A stretch of DNA of 64,000 bases from contig OZ251227.1 of the NCBI GenBank assembly GCA_965240325.2, forward strand, positions 1,984,001 through 2,048,000. The letters are read 5' to 3'. This document shows positions 33,344 to 44,437 of this stretch, in pieces. The notes under the pieces are model-generated. The model did no database searches, had not been told where the DNA came from, and saw only the letters and a program-made list of their open reading frames with translations. Made by a program: the position numbers and the translations under genes. The stretch is from Rebecca billardiae RCC1528 (Eukaryota > Protista > Haptophyta). Positions within the stretch are counted from its first letter, which is position 1. Every line of letters begins with the position of its first letter.

Positions 33344-36300
33344 ATGCCGACCTCGGTGGCATCGCTCCTGATCGCCGCCGCGCTCGCGCGGCACGGCCGC
33401 TTCCGCAGTGCGGCACCGCCCCCGCCTTCGCCCCCGACGGTGGACCCGAAGAGGCTCACCGTCCTGCTCGCGCCTGTTGAGGCGGGCACGTTCATGATCC
33501 GCGGCGATCCGAAGGACGCGGCCGACATTGTCGGGTCGGTCTCCTTTGCGCGGCTGGTGGTGTTGGTGAGCTCGGAGGAGCACAACGGGCCCGATCTGGA
33601 CTTCAACGGTAGCGTCTCGTTCTCCGTCGATGGCGGGCCCCGCGGCCCCGCCGAGCCCATGTACAAGATACGCGAGGCGAACGAGCTACAGGAGCCGCCG
33701 CCCGTCGGTCTCGCTCCCGGCGGCAGGCGCATCAGCGTGCTGAGCTGGGCGCACGAGTCGGCTCAGCCGCGCAATTCGATGTGCGTCACGGTCCAGATCG
33801 ACGCCGTCTGGGTGGCCGCGGGCACTCTCGGCGCGCGCGCGCAGCCCGTCGAGCGCTGCTTCTCCTTGGACGTCACGTCTGTTCTGAGCGAGGACCTCGG
33901 CGCGGAGACGGCCTCGTCGGCACGGCGGCGGCGCGGGCGCGCGGCCGAGCCCGAGGCCGACGACTCGGGCCGGGCGTTCCTCCGGCCGAGCCCCGCCGGG
34001 ATGCAGCACGCGTACTTCTACGCCGGGCGCGGCGCGCGCATCGAGCTCTTCCGCGAGCTGCTCGTCGCGCCGTCTGCCACCGACGCCGCGTCGCTGCTCG
34101 AGCCCGGGCTGGCGGTCGAGGGCTGGTGCCGCTTCGTCACGCCCATCAGCGCGATGGAGAACTCGTCGCGGTGGTTCCCGCTCGAGGTGGCCTCGGAGGG
34201 CGTCGTGCGCCGCAACCCGCTCCCCGACGGCCCGCCGTACGTGCGCGTGTACTCGGCGCGGATGACGCTGTGGATCGGGGAGGCGACCGCCGAAACGGCG
34301 TTCAAGGCGGCGGCGGCGATGGCAGTCGCCCCGCAGGCGCACGTGGAGTTCGAGCTGGTGGTCGCACGGCGCGCGAGCCGCGGGGGCGCCCGGTCGGAGT
34401 TCACGCAGCAGCTGTGCACGCGGCTCAACTCGTTCGCGTGCGAGTGGTCTGCCGCCGAGGTCGCCCCCGCCGACAACGTGTGGCGCGGCACGCTCGCGCC
34501 TCAGATCCAAACGTGTGACCGGCCGCCGTCCGTCGCTGACGTCGAGCGCACGGCGAGTGCGCAGGGCGCGCTCGTGCCGTTTGCGCCGCTCACGCGCGTG
34601 CGCTCGCTGCTGCGCGTGGAGTACGAGTCGCCCGGCGGCATCTTCACCTCGTGTGGGCGCGACGAGGTGCGGCGCGAAGCCGCGCCCGCCGAGCGCTTCT
34701 TCATCGACCCTTTCCTCGGCCTGCAGCAGGTGGCGCCGTGGAGTGTACGCTCGGCGCACCTCGCGCGCTACGGGTGCAACACGACGGAGGGGCTGCCAGC
34801 GGACGCGCGCATCCCGGTGGGCGCGCTGCCGGCGGAGTCGTGCCTCGGCTCGGACAACTACTCGCCCGACGTGCAGTGGACAGCGCGCGCCGACCGGCTG
34901 TACACGCTGATGGCGTGGATCACGCCGCCCGACGACCGCTCGCACGCGCGGCTGCAGTGGCTGGTCGTGGACATTCCGGGCGCAGACGTGGCGCGCGGCG
35001 TCGTGCTGCAGCGCTACGTCGGGCCGCTGCCGACGGGCGCGTTCGAGAACCTCGAGCTCTTCGCCATCGCCGTGTACGAGCAGCCCCAGGGCGCCGCCTT
35101 TGCCGAGCTCCCCATCTGGCCCGGGCTCGGGCTCGGCGACTCGCTCGTGAGCGCAGACCGGCGGATCGGCCCCGCGCCCGTCTCGGCGAAGCTGCTCGTC
35201 GAGGCGCTCGGCCTCGGCGCCGGGCCGTACGCGTACACGTGGTTCTTCACCAACACGGACCTGTGGGTCTCGTTCGCGCTCGAGTACATCTACGGCGACC
35301 CCAAGTCCGCCGCGGGCGTGTGCGCGTTCGACCAGGTCAACCACATCGTCAACCCGGTCGGCGGGTACTGCACGAACGGCTTCTACGCCGCGCCCGAGAA
35401 CTCGGCGGCGCCGTTCGAGTACCTGCGCTTCGACGACAACGGGATGAGCGCGATCACGCTGGACACGTGCGCGGCGCGCGGCTTCCACTACCCCGTGCTC
35501 GAGCCGGGCACGCCCCACGTCAACCAGTCCGCGATCGTCTCGACAATCGTCGTCCCCTCCGGCAAGACAATCCGACGGTACGGCCGCGTGCTCATGCACT
35601 GCGACCCCAAGGACGCGGCCTGGTCCTGGCTCGGCGCGCCGTTCTGCGACGGCGCCGTCTTCTCGTTCCCGCGGTACGAGGCGAAGGTGTCGACGTGCGA
35701 CTGGCGCGCGCTCGTGCCCGACGCGCCGAGCCGCTCGGGGGGCGGCGCGGCCGGCCATCGGCGCGGCAACCCTGAGAGCCGCGGCGAGCTCGCGCGCAGG
35801 AGGCGCTCGCCCGCGGACGGGGAGGCGGAGGTCGAGCCGTGCATGGATTCGATGGCGCGCTGCCACGCGGCCTGGTCGCGGCCGGACATCGAGCCGGTGG
35901 ATGACCAGGGCGAGGGGTGCCGAGAGGCGATGCGGCGGTGCGCCGCGGCGGGCTGGCAGCTCGCGGCCGGGCTGAAGGCCTGGCGTGAGCTCACGGCCGA
36001 CTCGCCGCGCAGCGCAGGGGGCGGCGCAGCCGGCCATCGGCACAGCATCCCTGAGACGCACGGCGAGCTCACGCGCCGTAAGCACTCGCCCGCGGACGAG
36101 GAGGCGAAGGTCGAGCCGTGCATGGATTCGATGGCGCGCTGCCACGCGGCCTGGTCGCGGCCGGACATCGAGCCGGTGGACGACCAGGGCGAGGGGTGCC
36201 GAGAGGCGATGCGGCGGTGCGCCGCGGCGGGCTGGCAGCTCGCAGCCGAGCTGAAGGCCGCGCAGCAGGGTGTCACGGAGCGCGGCGCAGGCCGACACCT

Positions 36301-36445
36301 TCACCTCGCCGCGAGCGCTCTCGCCGGGCTGGCGTGCGCGGTCGGCGGCGCTGCCGTCGCCCTCGCTGCCGTGCACGTGCGCGAGCGGCCAGCGCATCGC
36401 GAGCACCCCGAGTTTGCGCCGCCTGCTCGCGTGATGATGATGTGA
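33344..36445 (+). CDS. Large signal-peptide/TM protein with degenerate PEBP domain and 93-aa tandem duplication
   Basis: PDVQW..YTLM..QWLVVDIPG.DVARGVVLQRYVGP..VYEQP is PEBP-like; C-terminal TM; intronless. Confidence 0.75.
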   Translation: MPTSVASLLIAAALARHGRFRSAAPPPPSPPTVDPKRLTVLLAPVEAGTFMIRGDPKDAADIVGSVSFARLVVLVSSEEHNGPDLDFNGSVSFSVDGGPRGPAEPMYKIREANELQEPPPVGLAPGGRRISVLSWAHESAQPRNSMCVTVQIDAVWVAAGTLGARAQPVERCFSLDVTSVLSEDLGAETASSARRRRGRAAEPEADDSGRAFLRPSPAGMQHAYFYAGRGARIELFRELLVAPSATDAASLLEPGLAVEGWCRFVTPISAMENSSRWFPLEVASEGVVRRNPLPDGPPYVRVYSARMTLWIGEATAETAFKAAAAMAVAPQAHVEFELVVARRASRGGARSEFTQQLCTRLNSFACEWSAAEVAPADNVWRGTLAPQIQTCDRPPSVADVERTASAQGALVPFAPLTRVRSLLRVEYESPGGIFTSCGRDEVRREAAPAERFFIDPFLGLQQVAPWSVRSAHLARYGCNTTEGLPADARIPVGALPAESCLGSDNYSPDVQWTARADRLYTLMAWITPPDDRSHARLQWLVVDIPGADVARGVVLQRYVGPLPTGAFENLELFAIAVYEQPQGAAFAELPIWPGLGLGDSLVSADRRIGPAPVSAKLLVEALGLGAGPYAYTWFFTNTDLWVSFALEYIYGDPKSAAGVCAFDQVNHIVNPVGGYCTNGFYAAPENSAAPFEYLRFDDNGMSAITLDTCAARGFHYPVLEPGTPHVNQSAIVSTIVVPSGKTIRRYGRVLMHCDPKDAAWSWLGAPFCDGAVFSFPRYEAKVSTCDWRALVPDAPSRSGGGAAGHRRGNPESRGELARRRRSPADGEAEVEPCMDSMARCHAAWSRPDIEPVDDQGEGCREAMRRCAAAGWQLAAGLKAWRELTADSPRSAGGGAAGHRHSIPETHGELTRRKHSPADEEAKVEPCMDSMARCHAAWSRPDIEPVDDQGEGCREAMRRCAAAGWQLAAELKAAQQGVTERGAGRHLHLAASALAGLACAVGGAAVALAAVHVRERPAHREHPEFAPPARVMMM
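35738..36259 (+). repeat. In-frame intragenic tandem duplication, period 279 bp
   Basis: gtcgagccgtgcatggattcg at 35831 and 36110; the peptide VEPCMDSMARCHAAWSRPDIEPVDDQGEGCREAMRRCAAAGWQLAA occurs twice. Confidence 0.95.
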
Positions 36446-37003
36446 TGATCGCGTGCGTATTGTCATACGCGCTAACTACACTCTAAACAGCTGCCCCTGC
36501 TGCCCTGTGACAGAGTGTCGTCCGACGACACTCGGTCGACCGCACCCGACCGACGACTCCGCGCAGCACGCAGTCGCAGTCGCACGCGCGGTCCGCGCCC
36601 AGCTCGGAGGCGGAGCTCCGCGCGTCGTTGGCAACGTGAACGTCGGTCGCGATCCGCTTTCAAATTCAGTTTGATCAGTTTCAAGTGATGAGTTTCATGG
36701 AATGATGGATCCGGGCGGCCGTAATCCGTATAGCCCGCGACCGTGCCCACGGTGCCCATACTCCATAGCAGATAGCTCCGCGCGGCACGACTACTACTTA
36801 CTGCGACTCCGACTGCGACAGCGCCGAATGCGACGGTCGGATCGATCGTCCGCCGCGCCGATCAGACGTATAATATAGTCGTAGTTAGCAGACAATATTC
36901 GACCGCGTGTGGAGTCTCGCAGGGCTCGCACTGGCCCTCGCGCTGTCTCGGGCAGGCGACGACGGCCTGAGTTCTCCGTCGTCTGGCAGTCTGACCCGGA
37001 CCG

Positions 37004-38119
37004 TCATGATGATTCCACTGGCGAGCTCTTGCCGCCGCCGCACCAACCAAGCGCGAACTCGCCCTTCGGGGGACGCTCCGCGCTGCACTCGGGCGGGTAC
37101 TCCGAGCGCAGGCACAGCTTTTGCATGAGCCGCCGCGCCGCATGCGGCCCGTTTGCGCGGCACCTCCCACCACTCACGTGGTTGATGCACGCGAGTGGGT
37201 TGCCCTCATTCCACATCCGGTCGACGAAGGCATCGTTCAACGTCCCCGCGCTCCAGCGATGCGTGCCATCCGGCTGCGACGACGAGTTCCACGCCTCCCA
37301 GAGCGTGTTGCGGTCGTATGATTTGGGCTTGAGCAGCTGGCGGCGCGCCCATTCGCGCACGAGCGGTAGCGACCAATTGCGATGGACCGCGACCACGCCC
37401 GTGTGGACGCCGTCCCCGCAGCGACCCTTCTCGTTGCGGATGCAGGATGGCTCGAAGTTGCTCAAGAGCATCTGCCGCTCAGGTCCGAAGCGCAGCGGCT
37501 TGCGGAACATGTCCACGATGCAGCCTGGGCGCGCAACCACCTTGTCGCAGTCGTGGAAGATGAGGATCGGGGGGCCGTCGGGGCCGACGAGGTCAAGCAT
37601 CAGCCCCTTGAACGCCTTTGAGCTCGTGCCAAGCAGCTTCGGGATCTTGAAACCAGCGCGACGCATGCGATTGTACGCTCTGTCGACGATGTGGATGTTC
37701 GGATTTCCCGTGGTATTCCGAAGCAGCTCTGCGTCAAAGCACTTGCCCGCGCCTGCCGTGAGGAGGTAGATGTGCCCGCGCCAGCCGCCGATGCGCACGA
37801 GCGTCTCGATCGCGGCGATGCAACGGTACGATAGGCTGGTAGCATAGATGTCGGTCGCGCCGAAGACGAAGCCTACCTGCCCCGGCGCATCGTACGTGTG
37901 CGACGCAGAGCGGATGCACCCATCCTCTCCCAACTCGCTGCGAATGATTGCACGCTCGAGCGCGGCGCGAGCGCCCGACGCCCAGCCCATCGACCAGCCA
38001 GCTGCAAGAAGACCAAGCAGCCCCGCACTCAGCAGCCCGAGGATCGCGCGCCGGCGCGCCGCCCGGCTCGAGGTGTCCTCGGGCTCCTCGCCCACCGTGC
38101 CGTACACGGGCGGCGCCAT
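37004..38119 (-). CDS. Type II membrane glycosyltransferase-like protein
   Basis: Short cytosolic N-terminus plus one TM (AILGLLSAGLLGLLAAGW); ILIFHDCDKVV DxD motif; HTGVV; YDRNTL. Confidence 0.6.
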   Translation of the reverse strand: MAPPVYGTVGEEPEDTSSRAARRRAILGLLSAGLLGLLAAGWSMGWASGARAALERAIIRSELGEDGCIRSASHTYDAPGQVGFVFGATDIYATSLSYRCIAAIETLVRIGGWRGHIYLLTAGAGKCFDAELLRNTTGNPNIHIVDRAYNRMRRAGFKIPKLLGTSSKAFKGLMLDLVGPDGPPILIFHDCDKVVARPGCIVDMFRKPLRFGPERQMLLSNFEPSCIRNEKGRCGDGVHTGVVAVHRNWSLPLVREWARRQLLKPKSYDRNTLWEAWNSSSQPDGTHRWSAGTLNDAFVDRMWNEGNPLACINHVSGGRCRANGPHAARRLMQKLCLRSEYPPECSAERPPKGEFALGWCGGGKSSPVESS

Positions 38120-38165
38120 CGTGGCGGGATTTTGGACGAGCCCGGATCTTTCGCCAGCGCGCGTC

Positions 38166-39047
38166 ATGACGGTCGCGCCCGTCGCCGCGCTCTTGTGCTG
38201 GGTGCACGGTGGGGTGTCGCCGGCTGATCTGCCGCGACGCGGCGTGCTCGTGCGCGCGACGTCGGCAGTCGCTGCCGCCGGGCTTTCGGCGCCGCGCAGC
38301 CAAAGAGCGGCTGCCGCCGAGGCGCGCACGGCGCGCGTGACGCAGCGCGCATTCATCGACCTCCGCATCATTGAGTCGTACACCATGTCCGAGGTGCTCG
38401 AGAATGCGGCGCTGCGCGGTCGGATGACGATCGGTCTGTACGGCGAGGACGCTCCCAAGCAGACCAGGCGGTTCATCGAGGAGCTCACTGGGCGCAAGGA
38501 CGGCGGCGAGGGCCCAGCCGAGAGCTTCCCACCGCTCAGCTCAGCGCTCTTTGAGCGGATCCAGCCGGGCAAGCTGCTGCTCTCCGGGAACATCGTGGGG
38601 CTGAAGGAGGTGCGCCTACCCGACTCGCTCGGCGGCGGCGTGCAGTACGAGTACGCCGGCGCCATCGTGCCAATGCGCACCGTACTCGAGAGCAACAGCC
38701 TGAGCCATGACCGGCGCGGCCTGCTCACAAAGCGCGTCTTTGCCGGCGGGTCGGAGTTCGGCATCACGCTCGCGCCTGCACCCGAGCTGGACCGCGAGTG
38801 GGAGGTGTTCGGCGAGGTGCTCGATGGCGCCGGCCCCACGGGCCTTCTGGCCGAGATCGAGGCGCTGCCGTACCTGTCCGGCGCTGCCGCGCCGCAGTCG
38901 AAGACAGGCGCGGTCGGCGCGGCCGTGTACCGCGTGCAGCGTGACGTGTTCGCTTCAATCGGCCGCTCGCTTGGCGACAAGCGCGCCGACGACAATGTGG
39001 GCAAGCTGCTTCGACGGGTCGAGATTGTCCGCACTGGGCTGCTGTGA
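38166..39047 (+). CDS. Cyclophilin-type PPIase-like protein, probably thylakoid lumen
   Basis: VTQRAFIDLRI, GRMTIGLYGEDAPK, LSHDRRGLLT, EFGITLAPAPELD..VFGEVLDG; twin-Arg PRRGVL followed by a hydrophobic stretch. Confidence 0.85.
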   Translation: MTVAPVAALLCWVHGGVSPADLPRRGVLVRATSAVAAAGLSAPRSQRAAAAEARTARVTQRAFIDLRIIESYTMSEVLENAALRGRMTIGLYGEDAPKQTRRFIEELTGRKDGGEGPAESFPPLSSALFERIQPGKLLLSGNIVGLKEVRLPDSLGGGVQYEYAGAIVPMRTVLESNSLSHDRRGLLTKRVFAGGSEFGITLAPAPELDREWEVFGEVLDGAGPTGLLAEIEALPYLSGAAAPQSKTGAVGAAVYRVQRDVFASIGRSLGDKRADDNVGKLLRRVEIVRTGLL

Positions 39048-39788
39048 CCTGCCCTCGCCGTGGCTTGGCTGCGCAGGCCCACTACCCAGCGCGATGCTGC
39101 CCCTGCGCGCGGATCGCTCCCATTCTCAGACTGAGTCAGACTTTGCCGCCCCGCAAGGTGTCATCGGAGACCGACCGACGGTCACCGGACCCGCGCCGCG
39201 GGTCCCGAATCCGGAACATCATTGGGGCGGCGGATGATTTAAACGCGCTCATGAAAACTGTCGTCCGTGCTGCTGCTGCTAGCTTAATATGCTTATAATA
39301 ATATCGAGTCGGACGAGTATAAAGTGTGCGGCGTCGGATTATCTAGCCCGAGGCCCGGGCACCGCACCGTGGGCTCACTCACGCGGGGCTGTCAATCCTG
39401 TCATTATCACATTTCACGCGCATTATCAACGATAAGCTACTACTGCCTAGCTACTTGTTCCGGATCATCTTAGATCGCGGGTTCTGACAGTCATCGTCGA
39501 TCTCGCTCCCAGAGGTGAGAGGATCGGCCGCGAGCAGCACAGAACTGACAGAACGAAGCGCCTGCTAATAATAATGCGGTCGTACGGATGTCGGATCGAT
39601 CGATTCAGCGCAGAGGTCATGCACAGGCCGGGTTTGAACGGAGTTGAATAAACTGCCCCAACGCGCCGCGCAGCTGAGCAGTCAGGAGTCAGGACAACTT
39701 TGCCGTCGCCGCACACGAGTGGCCACACCGCCGGACGTGTTCAGTCGAGGACGAGCGCGTGCCCGCGGCCTGCCTGCCGGCCACATCC

Positions 39789-41003
39789 CTACTTGCCTAT
39801 GGTCTCCACAACCTGGCGCAGCACGAGGGCTGACATCGGCCCGTGCGGCGATCGCACGGTGACGCGCGCTTGCACCGTCTGCGAGAGGGCGCGGCACGCG
39901 AGGCGCACACGAGGGGGGGAGGGGGGGCACGTTCAGCACGGTGGCGCGAAGGTGTGCGCTGCACGCCGGACGACCGCGGCAAGGCGCCTCTGAGGCTCCC
40001 CAACCCGCCCGCGCTCGCTCGGTCTGTACGCTTGCTCGCGCGGTGTGCCGCAGCGCGGGCGCGGTGCGCGCGGTGTGCGCGCGCCTGCAGGTTGATCTCG
40101 ATGCGCAGCATGAGGAGCGGGCACTCCGGCTGCGCCTTGCCCTTGAGCACGATGCAGCCAATCGCCACCAGGTTGGTCGGCGCCGGATCGACGCCCTGCA
40201 GGGCACGGCGCAGCCACGGCGGGTGGGGCCACGCGCGCGCCTGAGTGAGCGCGCGGCCGGCGCGGCACGGCCAGCGCGCGCGGCCGGCGCGCACGCGCAC
40301 GCGCTCGCAGCGGCAGCACGGCGCCGCGCACCGCAAGGTTAGCAAGGTGCAAGCCCTTTGCCGAGAGCTCGCTGAAGAGCGCCATGTTCTGAGGCCGCTC
40401 CTTGAGCGTGGTGATCTGCTGCGCCTCGTTCGGCGGGCCGCCCGCGCCGTTCCACCGCTCGAAGAAGGGCGCCGCCTCGAGCCCCGGCATGGGCGCGCAG
40501 AACTTCGTCGGGCTCACGGGCAGCTTGAGGTGCAGCCCCGCGGCGGGCGCGCCCATGAAAGAAAGACGGAGCGACTGCGCGCGGCCGAGGCGCGCGCGCG
40601 AGGCGCGGCGCGGCGGGCTGAGCAGCGCGCCGTGTGTGCACCGGGGGCGCGCCGCGCGTCACGCCGCGCGCCACGCCGCGCGCCACGCCGCGCGCACCGG
40701 CGGCGCGCCGAAGGGCGCCAGGCACTCGAGTGTGATCATCTGCTGTAATTGCTGCCGCGGCTGCACCGTGTGCGGCACTGTCGACGCCTGCACGGTGACC
40801 TCGGGCACGCTGACGACGGAGGCGGTGAAGGAGACGAGCGGCTGCGCCGTCTTGTTCCCGTAGTACAGCACCAGCCGCCCCTGCGCGCCCTTGTACTCGC
40901 TCTTGAGCCCCACCTGCACGCTGCCATCCTCGTACAGGACACCGTCGCTGCGCACGGACAGTGGGATGAACGAAGGCGGCTCGACCGGGCCGGACCCGCC
41001 GGA

Positions 41004-41036
<33 letters not shown>

Positions 41037-43265
41037 GCTCATCAGGCCGGCGACGTCGATGCCGCCGGCGGCGGGGGGCGGCGGCGGCGGCGCGCCGCCG
41101 CCGCCGCCGCCGCCCAGGTCGAGGCCGAGAAGGTCGGGGGCGCCGGCACCGCCGCCCGACGGCGGCGGCGGCGCGCCGCCGCCGCCGCCGCTGCCGAGGT
41201 CAAGCCCGCCGAGCATGGCGTCGACGCCGCCGCCGCCACCGCCGCCGCCGTCGATCTCGCCGCCCAGCAGATCCGCCGATCCACCGCCGCCGCCGTTCGC
41301 CGCCAGCCCGCGCCCGCCGTCCGCGTCGGCCGCGGCGGCGGCGCCGCCGCCGCCGCCGGCCGCGCGGTTGCCCGATGGCTGGCGCGCCAGTCTCTCCGCC
41401 ACCACATCGCCGCGGCCCTGCCCCGTCTCGTCGGCGACGCGGACGCGGATGCGCTTGAGCACGGCGGACTCGCGCTCGGGGAACGCGGGCATCATCTCGA
41501 GCACCGCCGCCTTCAGCTCCGAGAACCGGCCGCTCGTGAGCACGCTGTACTCGAGCGCGCGCTGCTGCACCTCCTGGTCGAGCGCGGAGAGAGACGAGCG
41601 CAGCGCGCGCGACACCTCGCCCTCGAGCTCGGGGTAGACGTGCGCGAGCTTGACGAAGGTGGAGAGCAGCAGCGCGCGCGTCTGCAGGTCCGTCCCGGCG
41701 TAGTGCCCGTGCAGCGCGCGGAACTGCTCGCGCGACGACATGCCGCGCTCCTCCGCGACCAGGTGGCCAAACTCGCCGAGCACGTATGCGCAGATGCGCA
41801 CAAGCTTGTCCGGCGGGTGCGCGTCCTGCAGCAGCGCGCGGAAGACGGTCTGCGTGGCGTACTTCTGCAGGGCCTCCTCGTTGGTGATGATCTGCACCAC
41901 GCGGTACCAGATCTCCTCGGACACCTGCTCCCCCGCCGTCTTGATCAGCTGCAGCACCACGTCCACGTACCACGCGTAGTCGTCGGCAAAGCGCTCGGCC
42001 AAGATGGCGATCTTGAGCACCAGCTCCTCGCGCAGGTTGTAGTCGGCGTTGGCGAGGTAGGAGAGGAGCTCGCGGATGGTCTCGCGGCAGTTCGAGTCGT
42101 CGCACATCGAGTACACCAGGTCGAGCGCGCGCCGCCGGATCGACACGTCCGCGTCCTTGAGCGAGAAGAGGATGGTCGACTGGTGCTTCTTGATGTCGTG
42201 CGCGCAGTCGGGATGCTGCGAGAGCTTGGCCATCGTCTCGAGGCCGAGGTAGCGGATGTTGGCCTCGCGGATCGAGATGAAGCGGCCGAGCAGCGCGACG
42301 GCCTGCGGCAGCAGGTCCGTCGCGCGCCCCTGGTGGATCACCACGTTGATCGCCTCGAAGAGCACGCCGTGCGTCGCGTTGTTCTTGTTGACGTTCTTTG
42401 TCACGTCCGTGCCGGTGATGACGCGCTGCAGCACGGTCACGAGCCGGTCGATGAGCACGCGGTCGTGCGCGGGGTCGAGCGGCGGGAAGAAGGTGATGAG
42501 GCGGAGCAGCCGGATCTGCAGCCACGGCGACGGGATGCCGTAGTACAGGTAGTCGTTCGAGTACTCCTTGTTGATCACGATGCGCGTGAGCAGCATGATG
42601 GCGCGCTGCGGCGCGCGCTCCCAGCCCTCGGGCGAGTACGCGACGAAGCCGAGGACCATCGAGATGATGGCGGTGAGCACGCCGAGGTTGGAGTCGTCGA
42701 GGAGCGCGAGCACGCGGTCCGCGATCTCGGTCGGGTTGATGCACTCCTGGTTCTTGCGGTACAGCCGCAGCAGCGTGAGCGCCGCCTTCTTGCGCACAAA
42801 CACCTTGGTCATCTTGTCGAGCAGGATCTTCTGCACGTCGGAGGCGAGGGTCTCGGCGAACTCGCGGCCGCCGACGGTGCAGATCGAGCCCATCGCGAGG
42901 CACATGAAGTTGTCCTGCTGCGACGTCAGGTCGTTCTTGATCGAGTTGATGATGAGCCGGAGCAGCTCGTCGCCCTCGCGCAGCAGCAGCGAGCACGCCA
43001 TGTACCCGACCATCTTCTCGGAGTACTTGGGCGAGGAGATGAGCCCGACGGACTCCATGTGGCCGAAGTCGATCTCGTACCCAAGCATGAACATGTACAG
43101 GATCTTCCACACGTACTTCTTCCGCTGGTACCCGTTGAGGTCGCCCGGCTTGGAGAACTTCTGCCGGATGTTCGCCATCTCCTTGTCGATGCGCTTCTGC
43201 TCCTGCTCCTTGGACTGGCAGTTGCGGATGTCGGAGATGAAGACGACAAGCCCACGCATCGCCAT
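39789..43265 (-). CDS. AP2A: AP-2 complex subunit alpha (alpha-adaptin); exons 43265-40698, 40574-40332, 40195-40085, 39878-39789
   Basis: MRGLVVFISDIRNC..KEMANIR..YQRKKYVWK, Gly-rich hinge, ear domain (GVLYED, LKLPVSPTKF, GVDPAPTN, LRIE, RVTVRS); three introns, the last with a GC donor. Confidence 0.95.
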
Positions 43266-43568
43266 GCTGGCCACCGGGCGCGCGCCGCGCGCGCCCGCTC
43301 ACTCGCCTGCGCCGATTCGAGCGCCGCCCTGCGGCGCTGGCGGCGTCCTCGCTCGCCGCTGGAGGCCTTTCTCGGCGCTGCGTTGACACCCCCGAGTCCG
43401 GACCTTGTCGACGACGCCGCGGCCCGGGTGCCTTACCGGACTTCCGCGAGCGCATGTTTGCGCCAGGCGTGGGCGCGAATTTATTGTCTGCTGAATTCAA
43501 GGTCGTGCTTAGTGCTCGTCGCGGGCCTCGGTCAGCGCGCCGGCGCGCGGCGGCGCACCGAGGCGAGC

Positions 43569-44399
43569 ATGCTCGGCCCGGAGGTCAAGCGCAAGCTGTG
43601 CAACTGCAAGAACTCGAAATGCCTCAAGCTGTACTGCGAGTGCTTCGCCGCGGGCATGTATGCGCGCGCGCGCGAGCGCCACCAACCCGCGCGCGTGCCA
43701 CGCGAGCGCCCGCAGCTCACGCGCAGTGCGCGCCACCGCGCGCGCGTGGGCGGGCCCCCACAGCTACTGCAATGGATGCAACTGCCATAGCTGCTGCAAC
43801 AACCCGGCGAACGATGAGATCCGTCGCCGCGCCATCGACGCCACGCTCGAGCGCAACCCGTCGGCGTTCCGGCCAAAGATCGCGCACGGCCAGGCCAGCC
43901 ACGCCGCCGATGGCTCGTCCGGCAGCCGGCACAACAAGGGTTGCCACTGCAAGAAGTCGAGCTGCCTGAAAAAGTACTGCGAGTGCTACCAGGTCGGCGC
44001 GCTTGCCACCGGGCGCGCGCGCGCGCGCGCGCCCGCGCGCCCGCGCGATTCGCGTCACCTCACGAAGGACTCGTCTGCGCCGGCACACTCGTCCGCTGCT
44101 GTACGCGAGCGCAGGCGGGGATCCTCTGCACCGGGATCTGCAAGTGCATCGACTGCAAGAACTTCGAGGGCAGCAACGAGATCGGCTCGTTCGGCCGCGC
44201 GGGCGCCTCCGTGAGCGTGAGCAGCGCCGGCTCTGGCCGACGCACGCCCTCGCCGCCCGCGGGCAAGCGGCCACGGCTGCATGCCAGCGGCGGTGCGCGC
44301 GCGGTCGCCTCCGCGGCGCTCTACCCGCCGTACGCTGGCGTGCCCTTCGCCGGTGCAGTCGGCGAGGTCGGCGCACTTGCGCTGCCCGCCGGCTCCGCA

Positions 44400-44437
<38 letters not shown>

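Noticed and set aside
38120-39082. N-terminal half of the 692-aa minus ORF 37004-39082
   Set aside because: Antisense to the cyclophilin gene; the real protein likely starts at 38119
40749-43790. Very long antisense or alternate-frame ORFs (e.g. 40749-43790 +, 33686-36466 -, 27675-29873 -, 3546-5570 -)
   Set aside because: Shadow frames of real genes, caused by extreme GC3 bias and scarce stop codons; R/A/G/P-rich with no motifs
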